A stretch of 64,000 nt of DNA, from sequence record NC_031047.1. The stretch is one strand, 5' to 3'. A model generated the notes under the pieces. The model did no database searches. It was not told the origin of the DNA and was given only the letters and a program-made list of their open reading frames with translations. A program made the position numbers and the translations under genes. Positions 28,971 to 40,575 of this stretch are shown piece after piece. This DNA is from Escherichia phage HY03. Within the stretch, counting starts at the first letter, position 1; each line of letters opens with the position of its first letter.

Positions 28971-30950
28971 ATGACTTTATTATCTCCGGGCATTGAGCTC
29001 AAAGAAACTACGGTTCAAAGCACCGTGGTTAATAACTCTACTGGTACAGCAGCTTTGGCCGGTAAATTCCAGTGGGGTCCTGCTTTTCAGATTAAACAGG
29101 TTACAAACGAAGTAGATTTAGTTAATACTTTTGGTCAACCTACAGCTGAAACTGCTGACTATTTTATGTCTGCAATGAATTTCTTACAATATGGAAATGA
29201 TTTGCGAGTTGTGCGCGCTGTCGATAGAGATACCGCTAAAAACTCATCTCCGATTGCTGGTAATATTGAATACACAATTTCTACCCCAGGTAGTAACTAC
29301 GCGGTTGGAGATAAAATCACGGTCAAATATGTTTCAGAAGATGTTGAAACAGAAGGTAAAATTACCGAAGTAGATGCTGATGGAAAAATTAAGAAAATTA
29401 ATATTCCTACTGCAAAAATTATTGCTAAAGCTAAAGAAGTTGGCGAATACCCAACATTAGGTTCTAACTGGACTGCAGAAATTTCTTCATCTTCTTCCGG
29501 TTTAGCTGCAGTAATAACTCTTGGAAAAATTATTACTGATTCCGGTATTTTATTAGCTGAAATCGAGAGCGCTGAAACTGCTATGACAGCAGTTGATTTT
29601 CAGGCAAATCTTGAAAAATATGGAATTCCAGGAGTAGTAGCTCTCTATCCAGGCGAATTAGGCGATAAAATTGAAATTGAAATCGTATCTAAAGCTGACT
29701 ATGCGAAAGGCGCTTCTGCATTACTGCCAATTTATCCAGGTGGTGGTACTCGTGCATCTACTGCCAAGGCAGTATTTGGATATGGGCCGCAGACTGACTC
29801 ACAGTACGCTATTATAGTTCGTCGAAATGATGCTATTGTTCAAAGCGTTGTTCTTTCAACTAAGCGTGGTGAAAAAGATATTTACGATAGTAACATCTAT
29901 ATCGATGACTTTTTCGCAAAAGGTGGTTCAGAATATATTTTTGCAACTGCACAAAACTGGCCAGAAGGATTCTCTGGAATTTTAACTCTTTCTGGTGGAT
30001 TATCATCAAATGCTGAAGTTACAGCAGGAGATTTGATGGAAGCTTGGGACTTCTTTGCTGACCGTGAATCTGTTGACGTTCAACTGTTTATTGCGGGTTC
30101 TTGTGCCGGTGAATCTTTAGAAACAGCATCTACTGTCCAAAAACACGTCGTTTCAATTGGAGATGCTCGCCAAGATTGCTTAGTATTGTGCTCACCACCG
30201 CGTGAAACTGTTGTTGGAATTCCTGTAACTCGTGCAGTAGATAATTTAGTTAACTGGAGAACTGCGGCAGGTTCATATACTGATAATAACTTTAATATTA
30301 GTTCAACCTACGCAGCAATTGATGGTAACTACAAATATCAGTATGACAAATATAATGATGTAAATCGTTGGGTTCCATTAGCAGCTGACATTGCTGGTTT
30401 ATGCGCGAGAACTGATAACGTTTCTCAGACTTGGATGTCTCCAGCTGGTTATAATCGTGGTCAGATTCTTAACGTTATTAAACTTGCTATTGAAACTCGC
30501 CAAGCTCAGCGCGACCGTTTATATCAAGAAGCTATCAACCCAGTAACTGGTACAGGTGGTGATGGTTACGTATTGTATGGTGATAAAACAGCTACTTCTG
30601 TTCCTTCTCCATTTGATCGTATTAACGTTCGTCGTCTGTTTAATATGTTGAAAACGAATATCGGACGTAGTTCAAAATATCGTTTGTTCGAATTAAACAA
30701 CGCGTTTACTCGTTCATCATTCCGCACAGAAACTGCCCAGTACTTACAGGGAATTAAAGCTCTCGGTGGAATTTATGAATATCGTGTAGTTTGCGATACA
30801 ACAAATAACACTCCGTCAGTAATTGATAGAAATGAGTTTGTTGCAACATTCTACATCCAACCGGCGCGCAGTATAAATTATATTACTTTGAATTTCGTCG
30901 CAACTGCTACTGGTGCAGACTTCGATGAGTTAACTGGTCTTGCAGGTTAA
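28971..30950 (+). CDS. 18: gp18 contractile tail sheath
   Basis: 659 aa as T4 gp18. Confidence 0.95.
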   Translation: MTLLSPGIELKETTVQSTVVNNSTGTAALAGKFQWGPAFQIKQVTNEVDLVNTFGQPTAETADYFMSAMNFLQYGNDLRVVRAVDRDTAKNSSPIAGNIEYTISTPGSNYAVGDKITVKYVSEDVETEGKITEVDADGKIKKINIPTAKIIAKAKEVGEYPTLGSNWTAEISSSSSGLAAVITLGKIITDSGILLAEIESAETAMTAVDFQANLEKYGIPGVVALYPGELGDKIEIEIVSKADYAKGASALLPIYPGGGTRASTAKAVFGYGPQTDSQYAIIVRRNDAIVQSVVLSTKRGEKDIYDSNIYIDDFFAKGGSEYIFATAQNWPEGFSGILTLSGGLSSNAEVTAGDLMEAWDFFADRESVDVQLFIAGSCAGESLETASTVQKHVVSIGDARQDCLVLCSPPRETVVGIPVTRAVDNLVNWRTAAGSYTDNNFNISSTYAAIDGNYKYQYDKYNDVNRWVPLAADIAGLCARTDNVSQTWMSPAGYNRGQILNVIKLAIETRQAQRDRLYQEAINPVTGTGGDGYVLYGDKTATSVPSPFDRINVRRLFNMLKTNIGRSSKYRLFELNNAFTRSSFRTETAQYLQGIKALGGIYEYRVVCDTTNNTPSVIDRNEFVATFYIQPARSINYITLNFVATATGADFDELTGLAG

Positions 30951-31607
30951 TTGATTATGGGGCTTCGGCCCCTATTCTCGAGGAAACAAGTGATTATTTC
31001 TAAGTTTGTTAAAGTGAAAATTGTACCATCAAATTTTAAACATTATCAATCAAAGGGTTATAAATTAACACCTCTTGGAGCGGTTAAACATGGATTTAGG
31101 TATTATGAAATTGATGTTAAAGTTGAAGACATTAAAGGTAGTACCGCGTATGTAAAATGCCGTTGCGATAAATGTGGAATTGAATATAACCAACGCATTG
31201 GAAGAAACACTGATATTTGTCGTGATTGCCGTCATAAAGATAAAATGCGCAATAATTCATATGGTTCCGCGAATAAAGGAAAAACAGTAGAATGTATGCA
31301 TGGCGTAAATCATCCAAGATGGAACCCAAATAAATCTGAAATGCGTGAATATATTTCATTGGTATATAAAGAAACTCGTAAGCATAAGAAAATTTGGTCA
31401 AAATGGCCAAATGCTGATAAAATAGGAGTGTGCGGTACAAAAGGTGCTTACCAACTTGATCATAAGGTATCTATCAAATACGGTTTTGATAATTTAATTC
31501 CTGCTGAAATAATTGGCGGTATTAATAATTTAGAAATAATCACTTGGGAATCTAACCGAGAAAAGTCAAAAAGAAATAGTGTAGATCTTTGGGATTTACT
31601 AGAATGA
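30951..31607 (+). CDS. HNH homing endonuclease
   Basis: C-terminal HNH motif (YQLDHKVSIKYGFDNLIPAEIIGGINNLEIITWESN) plus Cys-rich region CRCDKCG...CRDCRH; true start probably the GTG near 30991 after GAGG. Confidence 0.65.
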   Translation: MIMGLRPLFSRKQVIISKFVKVKIVPSNFKHYQSKGYKLTPLGAVKHGFRYYEIDVKVEDIKGSTAYVKCRCDKCGIEYNQRIGRNTDICRDCRHKDKMRNNSYGSANKGKTVECMHGVNHPRWNPNKSEMREYISLVYKETRKHKKIWSKWPNADKIGVCGTKGAYQLDHKVSIKYGFDNLIPAEIIGGINNLEIITWESNREKSKRNSVDLWDLLE

Positions 31608-31692
31608 TTCTAAAGGCCTGTTTCGGCAGGCCATATAAATACACTATATCCTTAATTCTTTAATTCTATATGCCCTAGGTTAAACATAGGGA

Positions 31693-31700
31693 TATAAATA
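31693..31700 (+). promoter_or_regulatory. T4 late promoter box TATAAATA
   Basis: TATAAATA upstream of gene 19. Confidence 0.5.
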
Positions 31701-31714
31701 CTACAGAGGCTAAT

Positions 31715-32206
31715 ATGTTTGTAGATGATGTAACACGAGCGTTTGAATCTGGTGATTTTGCTCGACCTAACTTATTCCAAGTAGAAATTTCTTATCTTGG
31801 ACAAAATTTTACATTCCAATGTAAAGCCACTGCTTTACCAGCTGGTATTGTAGAAAAAATTCCAGTCGGATTTATGAACCGTAAAATTAACGTAGCAGGC
31901 GATCGTACATTCGATGACTGGACTGTTACAGTAATGAACGATGAAGCTCATGATGCTCGCCAGAAGTTTGTTGATTGGCAAAGCATTGCTGCTGGTCAAG
32001 GAAACGAAATTACTGGTGGAAAACCTGCAGAGTATAAAAAGAGCGCTATTGTTCGTCAATATGCTCGTGATGCTAAAACAGTAACAAAAGAAATTGAAAT
32101 TAAAGGTCTGTGGCCTACTAACGTGGGTGAACTTCAATTAGATTGGGATTCAAACAATGAAATCCAAACCTTTGAAGTAACTCTTGCTCTCGATTATTGG
32201 GAATAA
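31715..32206 (+). CDS. 19: gp19 tail tube protein
   Basis: 163 aa as T4 gp19. Confidence 0.95.
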   Translation: MFVDDVTRAFESGDFARPNLFQVEISYLGQNFTFQCKATALPAGIVEKIPVGFMNRKINVAGDRTFDDWTVTVMNDEAHDARQKFVDWQSIAAGQGNEITGGKPAEYKKSAIVRQYARDAKTVTKEIEIKGLWPTNVGELQLDWDSNNEIQTFEVTLALDYWE

Positions 32207-32238
32207 AATGAATGGGGAGAAATCCCCATCCTGCTTAA

Positions 32239-33863
<1,625 letters not shown>

Positions 33864-33864
<1 letters not shown>

Positions 33865-34103
33865 TGGAAGGTTTAATTGAAGCTATTAAATCAAACGACC
33901 TCGTAGCCGCTCGTAAATTATTTGCTGAAGCCATGGCTGCAAGAACGACTGATTTAATTAAAGAAGAAAAAATCGCTATCGCTCGTAATTTCTTAATCGA
34001 AGGTGAAGAACCTGATGACGAGGATGATGACGAAGACGAAGATAGTGATGATAAAGACGACAAAAAAGACAAAGACTCTGACGAAGACGAGGATGATGAA
34101 TAA
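33864..34103 (+). CDS. 67: gp67 prohead core protein
   Basis: 79 aa, highly acidic C-terminus ([13 protein letters not shown]); T4 gp67-like. Confidence 0.85.
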
Positions 34104-34528
34104 TGCTTCTGATCCCTGAAACTCATGAATTAGTTCTCGAGAATGTCGAAGCACTTATTCCTGAAGCACAGGGTCGCTTTGACGAATTGTCTTCTGCTTT
34201 AAATAAAGACGATATAAATACAATTGTCGAGAATATGCTTGATGATGAAACTGATTTAGCGGTTGCATTAGCTTCTATTAATGAAAATATGCCGTTAAAT
34301 GAATTTATCGTTAAACATGTTTCTGCCCGTGGTGAAATTACTCGCACTAAAGATCGCAAAACCCGCGAACGTAATGCATTTCAAACTACCGGGTTGTCTA
34401 AAGCAAAACGTAGACAAATTGCTCGTAAAGCTACCAAAACGAAGATTGCCAATCCAGCAGGTCAATCTCGTGCTCAGCGTAAGCGTAAAAAAGCTCTTAA
34501 ACGCCGTAAAGCATTAGGATTAAGCTAA
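34103..34528 (+). CDS. 68: gp68 prohead core protein
   Basis: 141 aa as T4 gp68. Confidence 0.85.
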
Positions 34529-35166
34529 TGAATGAACCCCAATTACTAATTGAAACTTGGGGTCAACCTGGCGAAATTATTGATGGCGTACCAATGCTTG
34601 AATCTCATGATGGAAAAGACTTAGGTTTAAAACCGGGTTTATACATCGAAGGAATATTCATGCAAGCGGAAGTCGTCAATAGAAATAAACGTCTTTATCC
34701 AAAACGTATATTAGAAAAAGCGGTAAAAGACTATATTAATGAGCAAGTTTTAACTAAACAAGCTCTCGGAGAATTAAATCATCCTCCACGCGCTAATGTT
34801 GACCCGATGCAAGCCGCTATCATTATAGAAGATATGTGGTGGAAAGGAAATGACGTATACGGACGAGCTCGTGTTATTGAAGGTGACCACGGTCCTGGAG
34901 ATAAATTAGCAGCTAATATTCGTGCCGGATGGATTCCAGGAGTTTCTTCTCGTGGATTAGGTTCATTGACTGACACAAATAAAGGTTATCGTATCGTAAA
35001 CGAAGGATTCAAATTAACTGTAGGTGTTGATGCAGTATGGGGTCCAAGTGCTCCAGATGCATGGGTAACTCCTAAGGAAATTACAGAATCACAGACGGCG
35101 GAAGCCGATACAAGTGCCGATGACGCCTATATGGCTCTCGCAGAGGCCATGAAAAAAGCGTTATAA
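34528..35166 (+). CDS. 21: gp21 prohead core protease
   Basis: 212 aa as T4 gp21. Confidence 0.9.
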   Translation: MNEPQLLIETWGQPGEIIDGVPMLESHDGKDLGLKPGLYIEGIFMQAEVVNRNKRLYPKRILEKAVKDYINEQVLTKQALGELNHPPRANVDPMQAAIIIEDMWWKGNDVYGRARVIEGDHGPGDKLAANIRAGWIPGVSSRGLGSLTDTNKGYRIVNEGFKLTVGVDAVWGPSAPDAWVTPKEITESQTAEADTSADDAYMALAEAMKKAL

Positions 35167-35169
35167 ATA
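35162..35169 (+). promoter_or_regulatory. T4 late promoter box TATAAATA
   Basis: TATAAATA overlapping gene 21 stop, upstream of gene 22. Confidence 0.5.
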
Positions 35170-35196
35170 TTATTATCTAAACAACAGGACTACAAA

Positions 35197-36006
35197 ATGC
35201 TTAAAGAACAACTGATTGCCGAAGCGCAGAAAATTGATGCTTCCGTTGCTCTTGATAGTATTTTCGAATCAGTTAATATTTCTCCGGAAGCAAAAGAAAC
35301 TTTCGGCACTGTATTCGAAGCTACCGTCAAGCAGCACGCCGTTAAATTAGCTGAATCTCATATCGCTAAAATTGCTGAAAAAGCAGAAGAAGAAGTAGAA
35401 AAAAATAAAGAAGAAGCAGAAGAAAAAGCTGAGAAGAAAATCGCTGAGCAAGCTTCTAAATTCCTTGACCATCTTGCAAAAGAATGGCTCACTGAAAATA
35501 AATTAGCAGTAGATAAAGGTATCAAAGCCGAACTGTTTGAATCCATGCTTGGTGGATTGAAAGAGCTCTTCGTTGAACACAACGTTGTTGTTCCAGAAGA
35601 ATCAGTTGATGTTGTAGCTGAAATGGAAGAAGAACTGCAAGAACATAAAGAAGAATCAGCTCGTCTGTTCGAAGAACTCAATAAGCGTGACGCATATATC
35701 AATTATGTGCAGCGTGAAGTGGCATTGAGCGAAAGTACTAAAGATCTGACTGAGTCTCAAAAAGAAAAAGTCTCTGCTCTGGTCGAAGGTATGGATTATT
35801 CAGATGCATTCTCAAGTAAATTGAGTGCAATCGTAGAAATGGTGAAGAAATCTAATAAAGATGAAAGCACTATTACTGAGAGTATAAATACTCCTGATAC
35901 TGAAGCAGCCGGACTGAATTTCGTCACTGAAGCTGTAGAAGATAAATCTGCACAAGGTGCAGAAGATATTGTAAGTGTATATGCGAAAGTCGCATCTCGT
36001 TTCTAA
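35197..36006 (+). CDS. 22: gp22 prohead scaffold protein
   Basis: 269 aa, Glu/Lys-rich coiled-coil as T4 gp22. Confidence 0.9.
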   Translation: MLKEQLIAEAQKIDASVALDSIFESVNISPEAKETFGTVFEATVKQHAVKLAESHIAKIAEKAEEEVEKNKEEAEEKAEKKIAEQASKFLDHLAKEWLTENKLAVDKGIKAELFESMLGGLKELFVEHNVVVPEESVDVVAEMEEELQEHKEESARLFEELNKRDAYINYVQREVALSESTKDLTESQKEKVSALVEGMDYSDAFSSKLSAIVEMVKKSNKDESTITESINTPDTEAAGLNFVTEAVEDKSAQGAEDIVSVYAKVASRF

Positions 36007-36024
36007 TTTTAAAGGTTAACACAA

Positions 36025-37590
36025 ATGACTATCAAAACTAAAGCTGAACTTTTGAACAAATGGAAGCCATTACTGGAAGGTGAAGGTTTACCGGAAATTG
36101 CTAATAGCAAACAAGCGATTATCGCTAAAATCTTTGAAAACCAGGAAAAAGATTTCCAGACAGCTCCGGAATATAAAGACGAAAAAATTGCTCAGGCATT
36201 CGGTTCTTTCTTAACAGAAGCTGAAATCGGTGGTGACCACGGTTACAATGCTACCAACATCGCCGCAGGTCAGACTTCTGGCGCAGTAACTCAGATTGGC
36301 CCAGCTGTTATGGGTATGGTACGTCGTGCTATTCCTAACCTGATTGCTTTCGATATTTGTGGTGTTCAGCCAATGAACAGCCCGACTGGCCAGGTATTCG
36401 CGCTGCGCGCAGTATATGGTAAAGATCCAATCGCTTCCGGCGCTAAAGAAGCATTCCACCCAATGTATGGTCCAGATGCAATGTTCTCTGGTCAGGGTGC
36501 TGCTAAGAAATTCGCTGCTTTGAAAGCAAGTGATACTCTTGAAGTCGGAACTATTTACACTCACTTCTTCCAGGAAACTGGTACAGTATATCTGCAAGCT
36601 ACAGCAGCTAAACAAATTGATTCAGGCGCATCTGACGCAGACAAATTAGATGCTGAAATTAAGAAACAAATGGAAGCTGGTGTACTGGTAGAAATCGCTG
36701 AAGGTATGGCTACTTCTATCGCTGAACTTCAGGAAGGTTTCAACGGTTCTACCGATAACCCATGGAATGAAATGGGCTTCCGTATCGATAAACAAGTTAT
36801 CGAAGCTAAATCTCGTCAGCTGAAAGCTGCTTACTCTATTGAATTAGCACAAGACCTCCGCGCTGTTCATGGTATGGATGCTGATGCTGAACTGTCTGGT
36901 ATTCTGGCTACAGAAATTATGCTGGAAATCAACCGCGAAGTTGTTGATTGGATTAACTACTCCGCTCAGGTTGGTAAATCTGGTATGACCCTGACTCCGG
37001 GTTCTAAAGCTGGTGTATTTGACTTCCAGGACCCAATCGATATTCGTGGTGCTCGCTGGGCAGGTGAATCCTTTAAAGCTCTGTTGTTCCAGATTGACAA
37101 AGAAGCAGTTGAAATTGCTCGTCAGACTGGTCGCGGCGAAGGTAACTTCATTATCGCTTCCCGTAACGTAGTTAACGTTCTGGCTTCAGTTGATACCGGC
37201 ATTTCTTATGCTGCACAGGGTCTGGCTACCGGCTTTAACACTGATACTACCAAGTCAGTATTTGCTGGTGTTCTGGGTGGTAAATACCGTGTATATATCG
37301 ACCAGTATGCTAAACAGGATTATTTCACTGTAGGTTATAAAGGTCCGAACGAAATGGATGCTGGTATTTACTACGCTCCATATGTAGCTCTGACTCCGCT
37401 GCGTGGTTCCGATCCGAAGAACTTCCAACCGGTAATGGGATTCAAAACTCGTTACGGTATCGGTATCAACCCATTTGCAGAATCCGCTGCTCAGGCTCCG
37501 GCTTCTCGCATCCAGAGCGGTATGCCTTCTATTCTGAATAGCCTTGGTAAAAATGCTTACTTCCGCCGTGTATATGTTAAAGGTATCTAA
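36025..37590 (+). CDS. 23: gp23 major capsid protein
   Basis: 521 aa; high-expression codon usage; T4 gp23 sequence recognised. Confidence 0.95.
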   Translation: MTIKTKAELLNKWKPLLEGEGLPEIANSKQAIIAKIFENQEKDFQTAPEYKDEKIAQAFGSFLTEAEIGGDHGYNATNIAAGQTSGAVTQIGPAVMGMVRRAIPNLIAFDICGVQPMNSPTGQVFALRAVYGKDPIASGAKEAFHPMYGPDAMFSGQGAAKKFAALKASDTLEVGTIYTHFFQETGTVYLQATAAKQIDSGASDADKLDAEIKKQMEAGVLVEIAEGMATSIAELQEGFNGSTDNPWNEMGFRIDKQVIEAKSRQLKAAYSIELAQDLRAVHGMDADAELSGILATEIMLEINREVVDWINYSAQVGKSGMTLTPGSKAGVFDFQDPIDIRGARWAGESFKALLFQIDKEAVEIARQTGRGEGNFIIASRNVVNVLASVDTGISYAAQGLATGFNTDTTKSVFAGVLGGKYRVYIDQYAKQDYFTVGYKGPNEMDAGIYYAPYVALTPLRGSDPKNFQPVMGFKTRYGIGINPFAESAAQAPASRIQSGMPSILNSLGKNAYFRRVYVKGI

Positions 37591-37605
37591 TCTTTGACGA
37601 TTTAA

Positions 37606-37630
37606 GGGACCTTCGGGTCCCTTTAGTTGT
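37606..37630 (+). terminator. rho-independent terminator after gene 23
   Basis: Hairpin GGGACC-TTCG-GGTCCC followed by T-rich run. Confidence 0.6.
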
Positions 37631-37638
37631 TTTTATGG

Positions 37639-37646
37639 TATAAATA
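37639..37646 (+). promoter_or_regulatory. T4 late promoter box TATAAATA
   Basis: TATAAATA upstream of gene 24. Confidence 0.5.
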
Positions 37647-37673
37647 AATCATATAAACCAAAAGGAAAGCGCA

Positions 37674-38957
37674 ATGGCTAAAATCAACGAACTTTTGCGC
37701 GAATCAACCACAACGAATAGCAACTCAATCGGTCGCCCAAATCTCGTTGCTTTGACTCGCGCTACCACTAAATTAATATATTCTGACATTGTAGCAACGC
37801 AAAGAACTAATCAACCTGTTGCTGCTTTTTACGGTATCAAATACCTTAACCCAGACAATGAATTTACATTTAAAACTGGTGCTACTTATGCTGGCGAAGC
37901 TGGATATGTAGACCGAGAACAAATCACAGAATTAACAGAAGAGTCTAAATTAACTCTCAATAAGGGCGATTTATTCAAATATAATAATATCGTTTATAAA
38001 GTATTAGAAGATACACCATTTGCTGATATTGAAGAAAGCGATTTAGAATTAGCTCTTCAGATTGCAATTGTTCTTTTAAAGGTTCGTCTATTTTCTGACG
38101 CAGCGTCAACAAGCAAATTTGAAAGCTCTGATAGTGAAATTGCGGATGCTAGATTCCAGATTAATAAATGGCAAACCGCAGTTAAATCTCGTAAACTTAA
38201 AACTGGTATCACAGTTGAATTAGCACAAGATTTAGAAGCAAATGGATTCGATGCTCCTAATTTCCTGGAAGATTTGCTTGCAACTGAAATGGCGGATGAA
38301 ATCAATAAAGATATTTTACAGTCTTTGATTACAGTATCAAAACGCTATAAAGTTACAGGAATTACTGATACTGGATTCATTGATTTGAGCTATGCATCTG
38401 CACCTGAAGCTGGTCGTTCATTATACCGAATGGTATGTGAAATGGTTTCACATATCCAAAAAGAATCAACTTATACAGCAACGTTCTGTGTTGCTTCAGC
38501 TCGTGCCGCTGCGATTCTTGCTGCATCAGGTTGGTTAAAACATAAACCAGAAGATGATAAATATCTTTCACAAAATGCCTACGGGTTCTTAGCTAATGGT
38601 TTACCGCTTTATTGCGATACTAACAGCCCATTAGATTATGTAATCGTTGGTGTAGTAGAAAATATCGGCGAAAAAGAAATTGTTGGATCAATTTTCTATG
38701 CTCCGTATACAGAAGGTCTTGACTTAGATGACCCTGAACATGTAGGTGCATTTAAAGTTGTAGTTGACCCAGAAAGTTTGCAGCCATCTATCGGTTTATT
38801 AGTTAGATATGCTTTATCAGCAAATCCTTACACTGTAGCAAAAGATGAAAAAGAAGCAAGAATAATTGATGGTGGAGACATGGATAAAATGGCGGGTCGT
38901 TCAGATTTGTCTGTTTTATTAGGTGTTAAGCTACCAAAAATTATCGTTGATGAATAA
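37674..38957 (+). CDS. 24: gp24 capsid vertex protein
   Basis: 427 aa as T4 gp24; gp23 paralogue. Confidence 0.9.
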   Translation: MAKINELLRESTTTNSNSIGRPNLVALTRATTKLIYSDIVATQRTNQPVAAFYGIKYLNPDNEFTFKTGATYAGEAGYVDREQITELTEESKLTLNKGDLFKYNNIVYKVLEDTPFADIEESDLELALQIAIVLLKVRLFSDAASTSKFESSDSEIADARFQINKWQTAVKSRKLKTGITVELAQDLEANGFDAPNFLEDLLATEMADEINKDILQSLITVSKRYKVTGITDTGFIDLSYASAPEAGRSLYRMVCEMVSHIQKESTYTATFCVASARAAAILAASGWLKHKPEDDKYLSQNAYGFLANGLPLYCDTNSPLDYVIVGVVENIGEKEIVGSIFYAPYTEGLDLDDPEHVGAFKVVVDPESLQPSIGLLVRYALSANPYTVAKDEKEARIIDGGDMDKMAGRSDLSVLLGVKLPKIIVDE

Positions 38958-38962
38958 AACAA

Positions 38963-38986
38963 AGGGACCTTTCGGTCCCTTTTTAT
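38963..38986. terminator. bidirectional rho-independent terminator (gene 24 / rnlB convergent)
   Basis: Hairpin AGGGACC-TTTC-GGTCCCT flanked by A-run and T-run. Confidence 0.6.
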
Positions 38987-39990
38987 TTAACTTACCAATT
39001 CAATCCAAGCCGGACGAAGTACATCTTGTACCATTTTAACTAATTCCTTTTTAACCAAAGAAGGATTATCTGCTTGAGTTAGAGTAATACCTTCACGAGA
39101 AGTTTCTTCCAAAATATCTTGAACAGTTAGTCCCATCACCTTTCCAAAATCCTTCGAACCAATTTCACCAATTTTAGAAATAACGTTATTTACTCGGTTC
39201 AGTGTAACGTAGCAAGCTAAAATTCCCACCAATTTGTTATCAGCTTCTGATAGTTCAACTTTAGCTTTAATAGGCTTATCAGACTTTTTCTTTTCACTAA
39301 ATTTGGAATTCTTGCATTTGATGGCTACACGATTTCCATTATGAAGCCAAGAAGGATAACAAGGTTTCAATACATATCCTTCAGCGGTAAATACTTCGCC
39401 TTTGGCTTCAGCTTTCCAAACACATTTGTTAGCGTCAACTAATCCAGCATGGTCTACCGTAAAATTATAATCCTGTACGACAGAATCTAAATCATTTGGC
39501 AATTTAATAAGTTCTTCAAATTTACCACGACCTAAAAGTGGAGCCATTTTAAATTTAAATGTATTACAGAATGATTCCATCATATAATCATCGACATAAG
39601 TCACATCACCACTTTCTGTAGTGACAATAATGTCAAATACATAAAAATCTTTACGCCATAATCGACATTCTTCTGAATGCCAGGTCCAGCGAATTCGCCA
39701 AAGACTTGATAAGATACAACCGCTGAGGTTTCCATAATATCTTGTACTGCTTTAATAGAATCTTCGTAATTCTTTAGAATAATTTCATACCCAAAGAAAT
39801 CTTCAGCAGGAAGAATCGGTCCAGTACGTTTAGCGCAAGTTACTTTATCACGCTCAATAATCAATGAGAAATTTGTGCCGTGAATCTTTTCACGAGCTAC
39901 CCACTCCCCACCAGTCAATCCCAAGCTATAAAGTTTTTCAATAAATTTAGAGTTGTAATGATTTTCAAGACTGCTATACTTTTTAAACAT
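38987..39990 (-). pseudogene. rnlB: RNA ligase 2 (rnlB) interrupted by a frameshift
   Basis: ORFs 39601..39990 (129 aa, ligase nucleophile motif KIHGTN) and 38987..39604 (205 aa) together give 334 aa = T4 Rnl2, but the reading frame shifts around 39640-39660. Confidence 0.6.
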
Positions 39991-39999
39991 AATTAATCC

Positions 40000-40278
40000 T
40001 CAAAATGTAATTTCTAACCAATCACCATCACGCTGATCACTATTGACTTTAAAGCTGAATCCTTCTTTTCTCAGCCAATCACCAATTTCTTCAGTAATCA
40101 ATTTATCACGAGCAATACAATAATAACTAAAATGTGTTTTACCTTGTTCAGCTGCTTTATTAGCAAGTTCCGAAAAATCTTTAATAAAACACTCTAGCTT
40201 AAACTGTTTACTTTTAAGTGCTTTTTCGCGCAATTGATTAGCAAAAGATTCATTTTCATAAAGATCATACTGTTCCAT
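40000..40278 (-). CDS. hypothetical protein (92 aa)
   Basis: ORF between rnlB and hoc; T4 24.2-like position. Confidence 0.5.
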   Translation of the reverse strand: MEQYDLYENESFANQLREKALKSKQFKLECFIKDFSELANKAAEQGKTHFSYYCIARDKLITEEIGDWLRKEGFSFKVNSDQRDGDWLEITF

Positions 40279-40480
40279 TTTTCACCTTTTTATTGATATG
40301 TCTTTTTCTATAGACGACTTTTTCTCGAGTTTCAAATTTATTTTTAGCAGTCATAGCTCGAGCCCATAATACAGCCACTTCTTTTGCCTGTAAGTTTAAT
40401 TCACGAGCAATTTCAATGAATGACTTTCCAGACTCATGAAGAGTAAACACCACAACCTCAGTTCTCATAATCAATCTCAT
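40265..40480 (-). CDS. hypothetical small DNA-binding-like protein (71 aa)
   Basis: Possible helix-turn-helix segment (SFIEIARELNLQAKEVAVLWARA); T4 24.3-like position. Confidence 0.45.
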   Translation of the reverse strand: MRLIMRTEVVVFTLHESGKSFIEIARELNLQAKEVAVLWARAMTAKNKFETREKVVYRKRHINKKVKNGTV

Positions 40481-40547
40481 GTTATCGAGTTGATGCCATT
40501 ATATACATCATTTTCTGAGTATGTTTTGTGTGCTTTCAAAATGAAGA

Positions 40548-40566
40548 AAGGGGCCGAAGCCCCTTA
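40548..40566 (-). terminator. rho-independent terminator after hoc
   Basis: Minus-strand hairpin AAGGGGC-TTCG-GCCCCTT followed by T-rich run. Confidence 0.5.
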
Positions 40567-40575
40567 TGATTATGA

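Noticed and set aside
30959-30972. GGGGCTTCGGCCCC hairpin as a simple terminator for gene 18
   Set aside because: Not followed by a U-run and lies inside the tool-called start of the HNH ORF; more likely a structured element before the real HNH start, so not annotated as a terminator.
35358-35702. 114-aa Ser-rich minus-strand ORF
   Set aside because: Antisense shadow of the Glu/Lys-rich scaffold gene 22.
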